64,000 nt of DNA from Octopus vulgaris. Taxonomy: Eukaryota. This document shows positions 48,690 through 61,189 of the stretch, piece after piece. A model generated the notes under the pieces. The model ran no database searches, was not told the DNA's origin, and worked only from the letters and a program-made list of their open reading frames with translations. The stretch is taken from positions 201,252,001 to 201,316,000 of the forward strand of contig OX597814.1 in the NCBI GenBank assembly GCA_951406725.2, given 5' to 3'. Position 1 is the stretch's first letter; every line of letters begins with the position of its first letter. A program made the translations under genes and the position numbers.

Positions 48690-51215
48690 AAAAGCCGACT
48701 ACGGCTGCTATAATGGTACGATTATAATTGTAACAGCAATGATGGCCGTCTCCCCGTGAGCCAATCAAAGCTCAAAAATGATAACATTATCGTAGCACCA
48801 AAATGTTTTTGGAAACTAAAAGGAAAATTAAATCAGTACACCAAATCGCTTGTCCTATGGTTAATCTGGAAGCGCGTCCCCCAGGGAAGAGCCAGCCTGG
48901 GATCGAAAAGTCATCAACTGGCACAAACTCTTCTCTGAATACAGACATGGATGGTCACTTGAATGGGAAATTCCCCAACTCGAGCCCTCCAAGTTCACCA
49001 CCACAGAAAGAAAAATGTAAGCGGAACAAATGGACCCGAGAAGAGTATAAAGAAGTAATATACGCTTATTACTATGCATTAGGTAGGCCATCTCAAGAGA
49101 GACACACCGCAAACTCTTACAGTATATGGAGAACATGGAATCAAGACAGTAGGCCCTATTTGGACGAGAACAAATTGGCAAATGTGAGGAGGGATATCCT
49201 TAGAAATAACAGACTCACAGACAGTGAAATAAGCGCGATCAAGCACGCAACGGAAAATGATATGAATATAAGACACAAAGGAAATGAAGAATCAGATGAA
49301 CAGTATAGCCCGCCACGAGGCTTAATTGAAAGACTGTGGAATACGAATCTCCAATTATACCACTCTAATGGAGTACTTGCCTCAGAAAATATAAACTTCA
49401 ACTGTGGAATTTTTCAAGGTGACTCACTTTCACCTTTAATATTCTGCATAGCCCTAATACCCTTTACAAGTGAATTAAACAGAACAGGGTGTAGGTATAA
49501 AATTGCCAATAAAAAAATAAGCCATCTATTTTATATGGATGACTTAAAACTCTATTAAAGGCCTATTGCGCACTGTGAAAGCATTCAGCGATGACATCGG
49601 GATGGAGTTTGGGCTTGAGAAGTGTGCCAAGGCCACTTTCCAGAAAGGGAAAGTGAAGACCACAAATTCAGTCGAGTTAGATGTTGACACAGTCATAAGA
49701 GAGCTTGAGCAAGAACAAACATACAAATGTTTAGGGATAAATGAAGGCTCTGGTATTCAGCATGCAAGCATGAAAGAAAAGATCAGGAAGGAATGTTATA
49801 GGAGAGTTCGTGCAGTCCTGAAATCTGAACTAAATGCACGTAACAAGGTGTTAGCTATAAATTCCTTAGCAGTTCCAGTTGTTACTTATAGCTACAATGT
49901 GTTGAACTGGAATATGAGTGAAGTAAAGAATATAGATAGGAAAATACGCAAGCTGCTGTGTTGTAATAGGATGCACCACCCAAAGGCAGACGTAGATCGC
50001 CTTTACCTTCCCAGAGCCCAAGGAGGCTAGCTTACAAAACAACCACAATTAGACTGGCCAAATATCTTGAAATAACGAATGACTGGATACTAAAGCTCAT
50101 GGAAAATCACGAGAGATGAAAGAAGCTTCATTCTATCATAAAGGAAAGCAAAAAATTTGCTATTGATCTCGTGCAGGATACCCAAACTGAACAACCCGTG
50201 GGAAGTACGGCAACTATTGTTGCAAAGAAGGTGAAAATAATGGCAACGAAAAAAGCGCACGAGCAATTGGCTGAGAGGTGGGAGGAGAAACCTCTGCACG
50301 GCAAATATGTGGCCCGTAGCAAACAAGCTGATGTTGACCAGAAGCAAACCCATCAGTGGCTACGGAGCTCAGGGCTAAAAGCAGAGAGCGAAGGTTTCAT
50401 CCTGGCTGCTCAAGATCAAAGCCTATTAACCCGAAACTACCAGGTCAATGTGATGAAAAATGGAGCAGACCCAAAATGCCGATTCTGCAACGACATGATT
50501 GAAACAGTGGACCACCTAATCTCTGGATGTAAAGTCTTAGCACCAGTGGAGTATAAATTAAAACATGACAGAGTTGGCCAATATCTACACTGGCTAATAA
50601 GTCGCCATTACAATATCAAAACTGCCGACAAGTGGTATAATCACCACCCTGAAGCTGTAACTGAAGGAGAAAATGTAACGATTCTGTGGGACTTTCCAGT
50701 ACATACAGACCGAAACATCAAAGCCAATAAACCGGATATTGTTGTGAAAGACCAAAACAATAAAGTTTGCTTATTGATCGACATGAGCATCCCCTGTGAC
50801 CATAATATCTCAGCGAAAGAGTTTGACAAGCTCAGAAAATATAAAGACCTGCTCATTAAAATTGAGAAAATGTGGCATCTCAAGGCAGTTACAATACCAG
50901 TGATCATAGGAGCACTAGGAATGATCAAGAAGGGAACCGAAAATTATATGAGAATGATCCCTGGCTTACCATCCCTGCAAGAAGTGCAAAAGGTTGTCTT
51001 AACTGGTACATCACACGTATTGAGAAGAGCATTGTCGATGTGAGAACTATTACTACCCATGTATTTTAATTTAACTTTATTTCTATAAAAAAAATGAACG
51101 AACTAGTGAGTTTAGTTTAATGGCCTACCAATGTATAGTATGAGTTTCTTTGCCCTAGGAGTCGGGAAGACACTTGGCAAGAAATGGAAGCAAATTTGAA
51201 AGAAGAGGAAAAAAA
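48690..51215 (+). mobile_element. R4/Dong-clade non-LTR retrotransposon (RT, CCHC, restriction-like endonuclease), internally deleted and frameshifted
   Basis: KWTREE N-terminus; GIFQGDSLSP, HLFYMDDLKL, FGLEKCA, HHPKADVDRLY, AAQDQ, CRFC..ETVDHLISGC, KHD, KPDIV..LID, KYKDL. Confidence 0.9.
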
Positions 51216-51419
51216 ATATAATAATAATAATAACAACATCAAAGATTACCTTAGGAATGAGAACTCAGGCTCGAAATTTCCCCAACACACCTGATGAAGG
51301 CTGAAGAGTATATCAGCCAAAACGTGTTAACAACAAACAAGATGAGGACAAACATCCGTCAAATGTAAATAATATAAATAATGTAAATAATATACCTACA
51401 CACATATACATATGTTTAG

Positions 51420-51675
51420 TCTTTTACTCATTTCAGCCATGCAGCTGTGGTCATGTTGGAGCACCACCTTGGTCTTGCTGATTTTCACAGTCTGGGATGT
51501 TTGACATCACCACTCCTGTATGCACCTGTATGGCTCATTTGGTGTATAAGGAAGTTTGTTTCTGCTGCCCTCGTCTGCACCTCATGTTGGGCTGTCGGTT
51601 CATCTAGTATTGTGGAGAGGAAGGTGTCTAGTTCCTTTTTGAAGACATCTACTTCCACCTCATGCAAATTTCTTA
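51420..51675 (-). mobile_element. CR1-like LINE 3' end
   Basis: RNLHEVEVDVFKKELDTFLSTILDEPT...RAAETNFLIHQ, then ggtggtgctccaacatgaccacagc...gctgaaatgagtaaaag. Confidence 0.6.
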
Positions 51676-51756
51676 ATTTTTAATATATACAGGTGTGTGT
51701 GGGTATAATATGTATATATATTATATATATATATATATATTATGTATGTGTAGAAC

Positions 51757-52047
51757 AATGCCTGTCATCGCCACGGATGGAGGAAGCAGGTTAAGGAGGG
51801 GATCGACACTTTTGAGAGAGCACGTATCCAGCATGAAGAACTTAAGCGAGCTGCGCGAAAGTGCACGGCTCGTATAGTGAATGGGGAAAGCTTGGTCTGC
51901 AATGTTTGCAGTTGTGTATGCTTGTCAAGAGCTGGGCTCATTAGCCACCAACGGAGCCGCAAATGCAAAATATAAGTTAGTCCTAGAGCGCACAATGTTC
52001 CTGAAGGTCAGCAATGGTCTTCCTCGGTCACGAGTGGACGGCCATAA
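51757..52047 (+). mobile_element. RTE-clade LINE 3' end with C2H2-like finger
   Basis: HGWRKQVKEGIDTFE...CNVCSCVCLSRAGLISHQRS, stop at 51973-51975, short 3' UTR. Confidence 0.7.
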
Positions 52048-52053
52048 CGTATA

Positions 52054-53281
52054 TAGGGTGCGTAATGTATTTGAGGACATACATTTTAGAGGTCATTTGG
52101 GGTCATTGCTGCATTTTTTTTGCTAACTCTGTATAATCTTTGTTTCAGAAAATAATAATGGCAGACCTTCAGCTTACTCCATAAATGAAGAGGCATGCTA
52201 TTATTGTGTTTATAAAGGCTGAGCATAGCAATTTAGAAATATCTTCACTTTTAAAAGTTGCCAGATCTTTCATTTACAAAGATTCTAAGAAGTAAGAGAC
52301 TGAAGATAGAAACGTATCATCAGTATCAAAGCATAAAAAGCATTCTAAATGCTCTGAAATCATCAGAATACTGAAATTTATCCAGCAAGTTCAACAGACC
52401 ATTGATTAAAATCTCAGAAAGTTCAAGAGTTCAATTGCAAAATATCTCCATGTGTCCAAAGGAACAGTCAGAAATGTTGTCCATGAAGACATCAGATATA
52501 AGTCTTATATGATGAAGAAAGGTTAATTTGTCAGAAAAAGCAAAAGAAAATCACTACATCAGCTCTAAAAGTCTCTTAAACAAACTGAAAAACCCTGCAG
52601 AAGAAGATTTGATTTGGTTTTTCTCAAATGAGAAAAACTTTGACCAAGATGAAAAAGTTAACGAGAAATGACAGATGGTTATGTGCAGATCCTTCTGAAG
52701 TTTCAAGTGTTATGCATACAAATTTCCTGCAACTGTCATTGTTTCAGGGGTTGTCAGCAATGAAGGACATGTGATGCCTCCTTACTTCTTTCCACAAGGC
52801 CTTATAGTTAACTCTGCCACCTACATTGAGATCCTGGAAATGATTGTTAAGCCTGGGATAGACAGTGTATACAATGGAAGGCCATATGTGTTTCAGCAAT
52901 ATTCTGCATTATCACACATGGCTCTAGTAACACAGGAATAAATGGATGAAAGTTTTCATGATCACATAACCACTAACATTTGGCCTCCTAATTCCCCAGC
53001 TCTCAATCCATTCTTCAGAGAGAGGTCAATGAACATGTCCATAATACCAAAGATTCTTTGAAAGCTGCCATAGTCAGAATAATGTCCAAAATGAACCAGG
53101 ACCACTTGATTTGAGCATGTAGATGATTTAGACCTCATATAGAAGCAGTTATTGAAGCTGAGAAAAGAACGTTTATTTTTATCTTCATAGCATTTTTTGA
53201 TAAATAAATTATTATCTGCTATTAAACATCTGTTTTTTTTTAATAAACATAAATCTGTCCTCAAATATCTTACACACCCTG
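52054..53281 (+). mobile_element. maT/DD37D Tc1-mariner transposon, decayed
   Basis: TIRs tagggtgcgtaatgtatttgaggac / gtcctcaaatatcttacacaccctg with TA flanks; FFSNEKNF, GVVSNEGHVMPP, YVFQQ, WPPNSPALNP. Confidence 0.85.
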
Positions 53282-53304
53282 TATATACAGTATATATACA
53301 TATG

Positions 53305-54906
53305 ATTAAGAGGCACCTGTATTGGGCCATGTAAAAACCACCTGTATTGGGTTACATATAAAGAACTTGTATTGGTGTTATGTGAAAAGCATCAGTGTTG
53401 GTGCCACATACAATGTACCTGTGCTAATATCAGGGCCACATAAAAAATGCCCTGCACACTCCATATATTGGTTGGCAGTAGCAAGGGTATGTAGCCATAG
53501 AAACCAAACCAAATCAGAGAATTACAGCCTCGTGCAGCCCTCCAGCTTGTCAGCTCTGGTCAGGTCACCCAGCCCATGTAAAACGGACGTTAAGTGATGA
53601 TGATGATGATAGTCACAGCTCCAAATGCTAATCACATGTCTGCTGGATGAAGGGCTGACTTAGTTTAAGCATCAAAATTTACACAGATATACAGCTAAAC
53701 AACACAGAAAAGTGGGTCAATAATGATGTGTACCACCTACAAAGCCAAGTGATACAAATGAAATTGGATGCAGAAAATGGTGATGCAATATTTTGAGAGC
53801 CTCTACTAAAATAGTCAACCATGTGATTTAGTCAATGGAGTACGAAAATATGAAATTATTCCTGAAAAACAGATTCTGCTTTGATCTAAAATCCTTCTAA
53901 ACCAACGAAAAACTACATCCTTCAAGCAATGTGGAATTGAATATCTTAAATATTAATTCAATACAGTTCTAAAAATCTTCAGAACCATGTAGAAAGATAC
54001 AGCGATGCCAGTTATGTAAAGCAAAAATAATTATTCTCTTCTTCTTCTTCTTCTTCTTCTTCTTCTTCTTCTTCTTCTTCTTCTTCTTCTTCTTCTTCTT
54101 CTTCTTCTTCTTCGTCTTCTTTTTCTCCTCCTCCTCTCCTCCACCTCCTCCTCCACCTCCTCCTCCTCCTCCTCCTCCTTCTCCTTCTTCTTGCCATACC
54201 ACAAGGTAGAATATGATAGAACAAACTGATTTCATTTTAGTTTGTGAACAACTACAATCTTCGAGCAATGTTAAATTGAATATCTTGAATATCCAACCAA
54301 AGGCTTGTGAGTGGATTTGGTAGACTGAAACTGAAAGAAGCCCATATCATGTATATATATATATATAAAACCAGCTTAGAGAAGAAGAAGAAACGAAACG
54401 AAACGAAACGAATCGAATCGAATCGACGCGAAGGCGCTCAGTCATACAATAGTGTAATAAATACAAACATATATGTACGTACCTACATCTACATGTATAT
54501 ATACATGCATATATAAATATATATACGTGTGTACAGGACACCAAAAATAGACGTAGAACTCAACGAGAAACGAAAACGTAAAAACAGTATGGAACGGACC
54601 ATTCCTTTAACAACGAAAAAAGAGAGTACAAGACAACTACACAAGGAAAAATCCCCTTCATCAGCCGTCCCTAGTTCAACTCCAGTGTGTTTCGAAGGTG
54701 AGGACAGAACACATCTCGTCGAACTAATCCTTCCTGCGAAAGAATTAAATAAAATTCCTTTGCAGAGGGGTAAAAACAAGGAAAAAAATGTGACAAAATC
54801 AGGACGTAAAAGCAATACAATTAAAAACAAATACAAAATAAAAATACAATTACAAGAAATACAGTACAAGAAGGAATAGAAACAGGACAGGAAAACAAAT
54901 AGAGGG

Positions 54907-54977
<71 letters not shown>

Positions 54978-56507
54978 ATGTATTAGCGTCTGTGTTTATC
55001 CCCGCCCCCACCATCGCTTGACAACTAATGTTGGTGTATTTAAGTCCCCGTAACTTAGTAGTTTGGCAAAAGCGACCGATAGAATAAGTACTAGGCTTAC
55101 AGAACATTGACTAGGCTTACAGTCCTGGGGTTGATTTGTTCGACAAAAGGCGGTGCTCCAGCATGGCCGCAGTATAATGACTGAAACAAGGAAAAGAATA
55201 AAAGAATACAAACAATGAGCTTTCCAGTATTTTATCTAAAAAAATCCACTCACAAGGTTCTTTGGTCACCTCAGAACTCTAGTCAAAAGAACTTGCTCAA
55301 GATGCCATGCAGTGGGACTGAAATCCAAATCACATGGTTATGAAGCAAGCTTTTTTAACCACACTGCCATACCTGCAGTGAATGCATATATTATTTAGAG
55401 ATGGCGAGCTGGCAGAAACGTTAAGCACGCTGAGTGAAATGCTTAGCGGTATTTTGTCTGTCTCTATGTTCTGAATTCAAACTCTGCCGAGGTCGACTTT
55501 GCCTTTCATCCTTTTGGGGTCGATAAATTAAGTACCAGTTGCATACTGTGGTTGATCTAACTAACTGACTCCCTTCACCAAAATTTCAGGACTTGTGCCT
55601 CAAGTGGAAAAGAATATTTTGGTAACTCCAAGGCAGCAAGTTGGCAGAAACATTAGCATGCCGGGCAAAATGCTTAGTAGTATTTCATCTGTCTTTATAT
55701 TCTGAGTTCAAATTCTGCCAAGGTCGACTTTACCTTTCATTCTTTCAGGGTCGATAAATTAAGTACCAGTCGTGTACTGCGGTTGATCTAACTAACTGAC
55801 TCCCTTCTCGAAAATTTCAGGCCTTGTGCCGAGAGTGGAAAAGTATATTTTGGTTACTTCAAGGTGGTGAGCTGGCAGAAACGTTAGCACACTGGGCAAA
55901 ATGCTTAGCAGTATTTCGTCTGTCTTTGTGTTCTGAGTTCAAATTCTGCCAAGGTCACTTTGTCTTTCATCCTTTTAGGGTCGATAAATTAAACACCAGT
56001 TGCATACTGGGGTTGATCTAATTAACTGACCCCCTCCCACCAAAATTTCGGGCCTTGCGCCTAGAGCAGAAACGATTATTCAGAGTTGCTATTGCCACTA
56101 AAGTAACAAAATAAGTTGTCAGGTAGCAGACACCTTCCTGGTGTTTTCGGTAAGTAAAACCAAAAGATTTTGCTGGTCACTTGTTTCTACAGATTTGCCT
56201 GATCAGAACTGACACTGAGTTATTCACACAACCAAAATCAATGAATGTTTATTTCTTATTCACACATAGCTTGAGATGAAGAGACTCTGCACTTCATTAA
56301 ATGGGGTTGTATGTTGTCTTTTGTGCACAAACTGAAATGAAAATCAATTTGTTCTCAACATATACCTTTATAATCTACCTTGAGGTAAGATGATGATAAT
56401 GATGATGATGATGATGATGATGATGATAATGATGATGATGATGGTGATGAGGATGATGATGGTGGTGATGATGATTTTGATGATGATGATGATGATGATG
56501 GTGATGG

Positions 56508-56556
<49 letters not shown>

Positions 56557-57520
56557 AACGACGACGATGATGATGAGGTGGAGGAGGAGAAGAAGAAAAA
56601 GAAGAAGAAGAAGGGGAGGAGGTGGAGGAGAAGAAGGAGAGGAGGAGGAGGAGGAGACGAAGAAGAAGAAGGAGAAGAAGAAGAAGAAGAAGAAGAAGAA
56701 GAAGAAGAAGAAGAAGAAGAAGAAGAAGAAGAAGAAGAAGAAGAAGAAGAAGAAGAAGAAGAAGAAGAAGAAGAAGAAGAAGAAGATAATTATTTTTTGC
56801 TTCACATAACTGGCATCGCTGTATCTTTCTACATGGTTCTGAAGATTTTTAGAACTGTATTGAATTAATATTTAAGATATTCAATTCCACATTGCTTGAA
56901 GGATGTAGTTTTTCGTTGGTTTAGAAGGATTTCAGATCAAAGCAGAATCTGTTTTTCAGGAATAATTTCATATTTTCGTACTCCATTGACTAAATCACAT
57001 GGTTGACTATTTTAGTAGAGGCTCTCAAAATATTGCATCACCATTTTCTGCATCCAATTTCATTTGTATCACTTGGCTTTGTAGGTGGTACACATCATTA
57101 TTGACCCACTTTTCTGTGTTGTTTAGCTGTATATATTTGTGTACATTTTGAGGCTTAAACTAAGTCAGCCCTTATCCAGCAGACATGTGATAAGCATTTG
57201 GAGCTGTGACTATCATCGTCATCATCATCACTTAACGTCCGTTCCCCATGGGCCGGGTGACCTGACCAGAGCTGACAAGCTGGAGGGCTGCACGAGGCTG
57301 TAATTCTCTGATTTGGTTTGGTTTCTATGGCTACATACCCTTGCTACTGCCAACCAGTTTAAGGAGTGTGCTGGGTATTTTTATATAGCCCTGATATTAG
57401 CACAGGTACATTGTGTATGTGGCACTAGCACTAGCGCTTTTCACATGGCACCAACACAAGTACTTTAAACGTAACCCAGCACAGATGGTTTTTACATGGC
57501 CCAGAACGGGTGCTCTTAAT
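53305..57520. repeat. Long inverted duplication (53305-54251 vs 56321-57520)
   Basis: Reverse-complement arms including (TTC)n/(GAA)n; spacer about 2 kb. Confidence 0.9.
55400..56080 (+). mobile_element. Three tandem SINE family B variant copies
   Basis: Each unit ggc.agctggcagaaac.ttagc...ccttgtgcc.agagtggaaaag. Confidence 0.85.
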
Positions 57521-58524
57521 GTCGCCTCGCATGGGTGCTTTATACATGACATTGGCACAGGTGTATTTTATGTGTCACAGACACATGTGCCATTTATGTG
57601 GCACTGTCACAGGTGCTATCCATGTGGTGCCACCATGGGTGCTTATTACTCTTTCAAGCATGCACATCTAACATTACATTAACAATTATATTCTTCCTCT
57701 TTTGAAGTGTGATTCGAGGGATATTTTGTTGCTATATTTAGCAGGTCGAGTGACCACGAAGAAGCTCCCTTTGGTTCAAGATGTACATGTATTCTCCCAC
57801 ATTCAATGCATCTTTTACATTTTCATGAATGGCAAAAGACCCCATCTTGCCACCTCCATAAATGAATAGGGAGATAAATTATTGTAAGATTTTTTATGCG
57901 ATGCCAGCATCAATACCTGTCAAAACATGTTCAAGATTCTGGGATGGAGTCATATATATACTTTTTATTATCCAGTATGTCTATGTATTGGATTTCAATT
58001 TATCATTTATGTGCTTAATCTACTTGGTCATGAGGGAAGCATAATATACAAAAATATATATATATAATATAAGATTGACAAAGATCTAAATAGATATAAA
58101 AACCTCACGTAAAATATCAGTGTTCTGGCTAGTTTGCTTATTTTGTAGCTTTTCAACTCAAAGTGTCGTCAGACTCCCAGCGAGAAAATGAATCTCAGAA
58201 ACAAAATGTACAGTGGTAAAAATAGAGAAAAAACGTCAGTAACTTCTCGATAAAGAGACATAAAAGCTTATAGTTATATCCATCTTCAAGAGAAACATAA
58301 ATGAATCCATACACATGACTACACGGACTGTCATGATGATGGATGTAGAAGCACAGTAATGGATACTTTTAGACACGGATAGGGAAATATAAAACAGGAA
58401 CACATACTTATAGGAATTCACATAGACATAGGCATACGAATATACAAACATATATATTGTATATATTGAAGATACAGGCACACATACACACACATACATA
58501 TATATAGAATATGTAAATTTTTAA

Positions 58525-59160
58525 AGCAGGAGTGACTGTGTGGTAAGTAGCTTGCTTATCAACCACATGGTTCTGGGTTCAGTCCCACTTCGTGATACCT
58601 TGGGCAAGTGTCTTCTATTATATATTTCTTTACTACCCACAGGGGCTAAACACAGAGGGGACAAACAAGGACAGACAAAGGGACTAAGTCGATTATATCG
58701 ACCCCAGTGCGTAACTGGTACTTAATTTATCGACCCCGAAAGGATGAAAGGCAAAGTCGACCTCGGCGGAATTTGAACTCGGAATGTAACGACAGACGAA
58801 TTTCGCCCGGGCGTGCTAACGTTTCTACCATGCTCGCCGCCTTATGTCTTCTATTATAGCCTCGGGCCGACCAAAGCCTTGTGAGTGGATTTGGTAGACG
58901 GAAACTATAAGAAGCCTGTCGTATATATGTGTATGTATATATATATATGCGTGTGTGTTTGTGTGTCTGTGTTTGTCTCCCCCAACATCGCTTGACAACC
59001 GATGCTGGTGTGTTTACGTCCCAGTAACTTAGCAGTTCGGCAAAAGAGACCGATAGAATAAGTACTAGACTTAAAAAGAATAAGTTCTGGGGTCGATTTG
59101 CTCAACTAAAATGCAGTGCTCCAGCATGGCCGCAGTCAAATGACTGAAACAAGTAAAAGA

Positions 59161-59162
<2 letters not shown>
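58525..59162 (+). mobile_element. SINE-A with a nested minus-strand SINE-B (58623-58844)
   Basis: 14-bp TSD tgtcttctattata at 58609-58622 and 58845-58858. Confidence 0.9.
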
Positions 59163-59202
<40 letters not shown>

Positions 59203-59484
59203 GTTGCAGTCATAGAAAGTTGTTATACGTTGTTAGGAAGAATATAGTAGAGAGGTCCCTGGATGGTGGTTAAAATATTTAAAATATGAACATATTTTTG
59301 GTAATAGAAGGTAAAATTTATCTCCAACCAAAACTGGTGATCTGGCATAATCATTAGAACACCAGATAAATTGCTAAGTGGTATTTTGTTCATCTTTACG
59401 CTCTGAGTTCAAATACCACCAAGGTCAACTTTGCCTTTCGTCTTTTTGGGGCTGATAAAGTAAGTACCAGTTGAACCCTGGGTT

Positions 59485-59729
59485 CAATACAATCCGGCAG
59501 TCACAGCAGACAATTCTTGCCTGTTTACTGTTACAATGACGAATGCTTTTATGGACCATGCGTCCTTATGAGAGATTCTCTCAAGGTGAATAACACAATA
59601 TTGTATATTCTAACACAACCTCCTCGTTAAGCTGGAGATTAAGATTACTTATTAGTATTAATACTGCTTCAGTCACTATTAATTACATTTTAAGAACTTT
59701 TGTAATATTATAACGAGCGAAGCAGCTAG
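59485..59729 (+). mobile_element. Internally deleted Helitron remnant with a CTAG 3' end
   Basis: GAC GAA TGC...ATG GAC CAT (WDECxMxH-like), GCT GGA GAT (AGD); ends acgagcgaagcagCTAG|t; resembles the 64-bp unit. Confidence 0.5.
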
Positions 59730-59842
59730 TTAGAAAACATCTGTAAGAGATGACAGTAGTAACTAGACAGACAAGTAATGTTTGTTTTCACTTCGCCATG
59801 GCTGTTCCATACAAACCAACGTTACTACAATATATATATATA

Positions 59843-60443
59843 TTCTTTTCTACTCTAGGCAGAAGACCTGAAATTTCTGAATTTCTGGGGAGAGAGCTAG
59901 TAGACTAAATTGACCCCAGTATGCAACTGGGGACGAAAGGCAGAGTCGACCTCGGTGAAATTTGAACTCAGAATGTAGACAGACGAAATAACTCTAAGCT
60001 TTTCGGCCAGCTGCTAATGTTCCTTATTTCTTTATTGCCCACAAGGGGCTAAACATAGAGGGGACAAACAAGGACAGAGACAAAGGAATTAAATCCATTA
60101 CATCGACCCCAGTGCGTAACTGGTACTTAATTTATCGACCCCGAAATGATGAAAGGCAAAGTCGACCTCGGCGGAATTTGAACTCAGAACGTAATGGTAG
60201 ACGAAATACCTATTTCTTTACTACCCACAAGGGGCTGAACACAGAGAGGACAAACAAGGACAGACAAACGGATTAAGTCGATTATATCGACCCCAGAACG
60301 TAACTGGTACTTAGTTAATCGACCCCGAAAGGATGAAAGGCAAAGTCGATCTCGCTGGAATTTGAACTCAGAACATGAAGACAGACGAAATAATGCTAAG
60401 CATTTCGCCCGGCGTGCTAACATTTCTAACATCTCGCCACCTG
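59843..60443 (-). mobile_element. SINE family B multimer
   Basis: Repeated units; junction aagaaata|ggtatttcgtc near 60210. Confidence 0.8.
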
Positions 60444-60476
60444 CTATAATATGTATCTGTATATATAAAAGGCAAG

Positions 60477-60519
<43 letters not shown>

Positions 60520-61189
60520 CGTGAATGTAAATTATGCACGTCCGCAAATTAGCACGCATGTCGCTCCAATTTTAGAACATTCGTCATGATCCTAGCTGTA
60601 TTTTCGTCAACTTATTTTCCCCAGAGGCATCAGCGAATAGCAGTAAAAATAAAATTTCAACCAAAACCTTTAACAATTTTCAAGTCAGAGAAATCACCAT
60701 TGTTTGCAAACAAGAGTTAAGTTCCCTTCGAGCGACGAGTAAGTTTTTGTTAAGACTTTTGTTGTTTTTTCCCATCAAGGAAAAAAGTGTTTTGTTGATA
60801 TACGGGCGACACACACACGAACATGTATGCGTACAAAAACATGTATGCAATAGGTGTACGTACGTGTGTGTATGTATGTGTGTTGCCCATATATATATAT
60901 AGACAAACAAATAAAGTGAGTTCATGGCTGTATCCTACACCAGCTTCCCACAACCAGCCCCAGCACATCCAAAGTACGTTGGATCGCAGGACGGCCTGCT
61001 GTGCTTACCTTGGATCATGGGGCGACCTGCTATGCTCGAGGAGACCTATTGAGTCAAGTACATCAAAATAAAAATCAAATGGAAATTGTAGTTGTGATAT
61101 CCGTGCCGGTAAAAAGCACCATCCAAATGCAATGATTTGGGCAAAGTTTCCTTTTCTGTCCACAGGCCAGCAAGGATTTTCATTTGTGA

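Larger units (their letters stand above)
48200..51392 (+). mobile_element. SINE-H split by R4/Dong insertions (head 48200-48300, tail 51218-51392, HHR remnant 51286-51328)
   Basis: gtggcgtagtgattaagagc...gagttcgattgcaggcagtgacctgaa(taa)n ... (aat)n-catcaaagattaccttaggaatgagaac. Confidence 0.8.

Noticed and set aside
48690-48800. HDV-like ribozyme at the R4 5' end
   Set aside because: Only a weak hairpin is visible; I could not build the nested double pseudoknot.
48400-51215. LTR-like direct repeats around the RT element
   Set aside because: The protein is a non-LTR RLE type; the repeat is a separate 3' UTR copy followed by its own A-rich/(TAA)n end.
60456-60800. Helitron-like 5' end (a|TCTGTATATATAAAA...(TG)n)
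   Set aside because: Suggestive only; no matching downstream hairpin plus CTRR end was identified.
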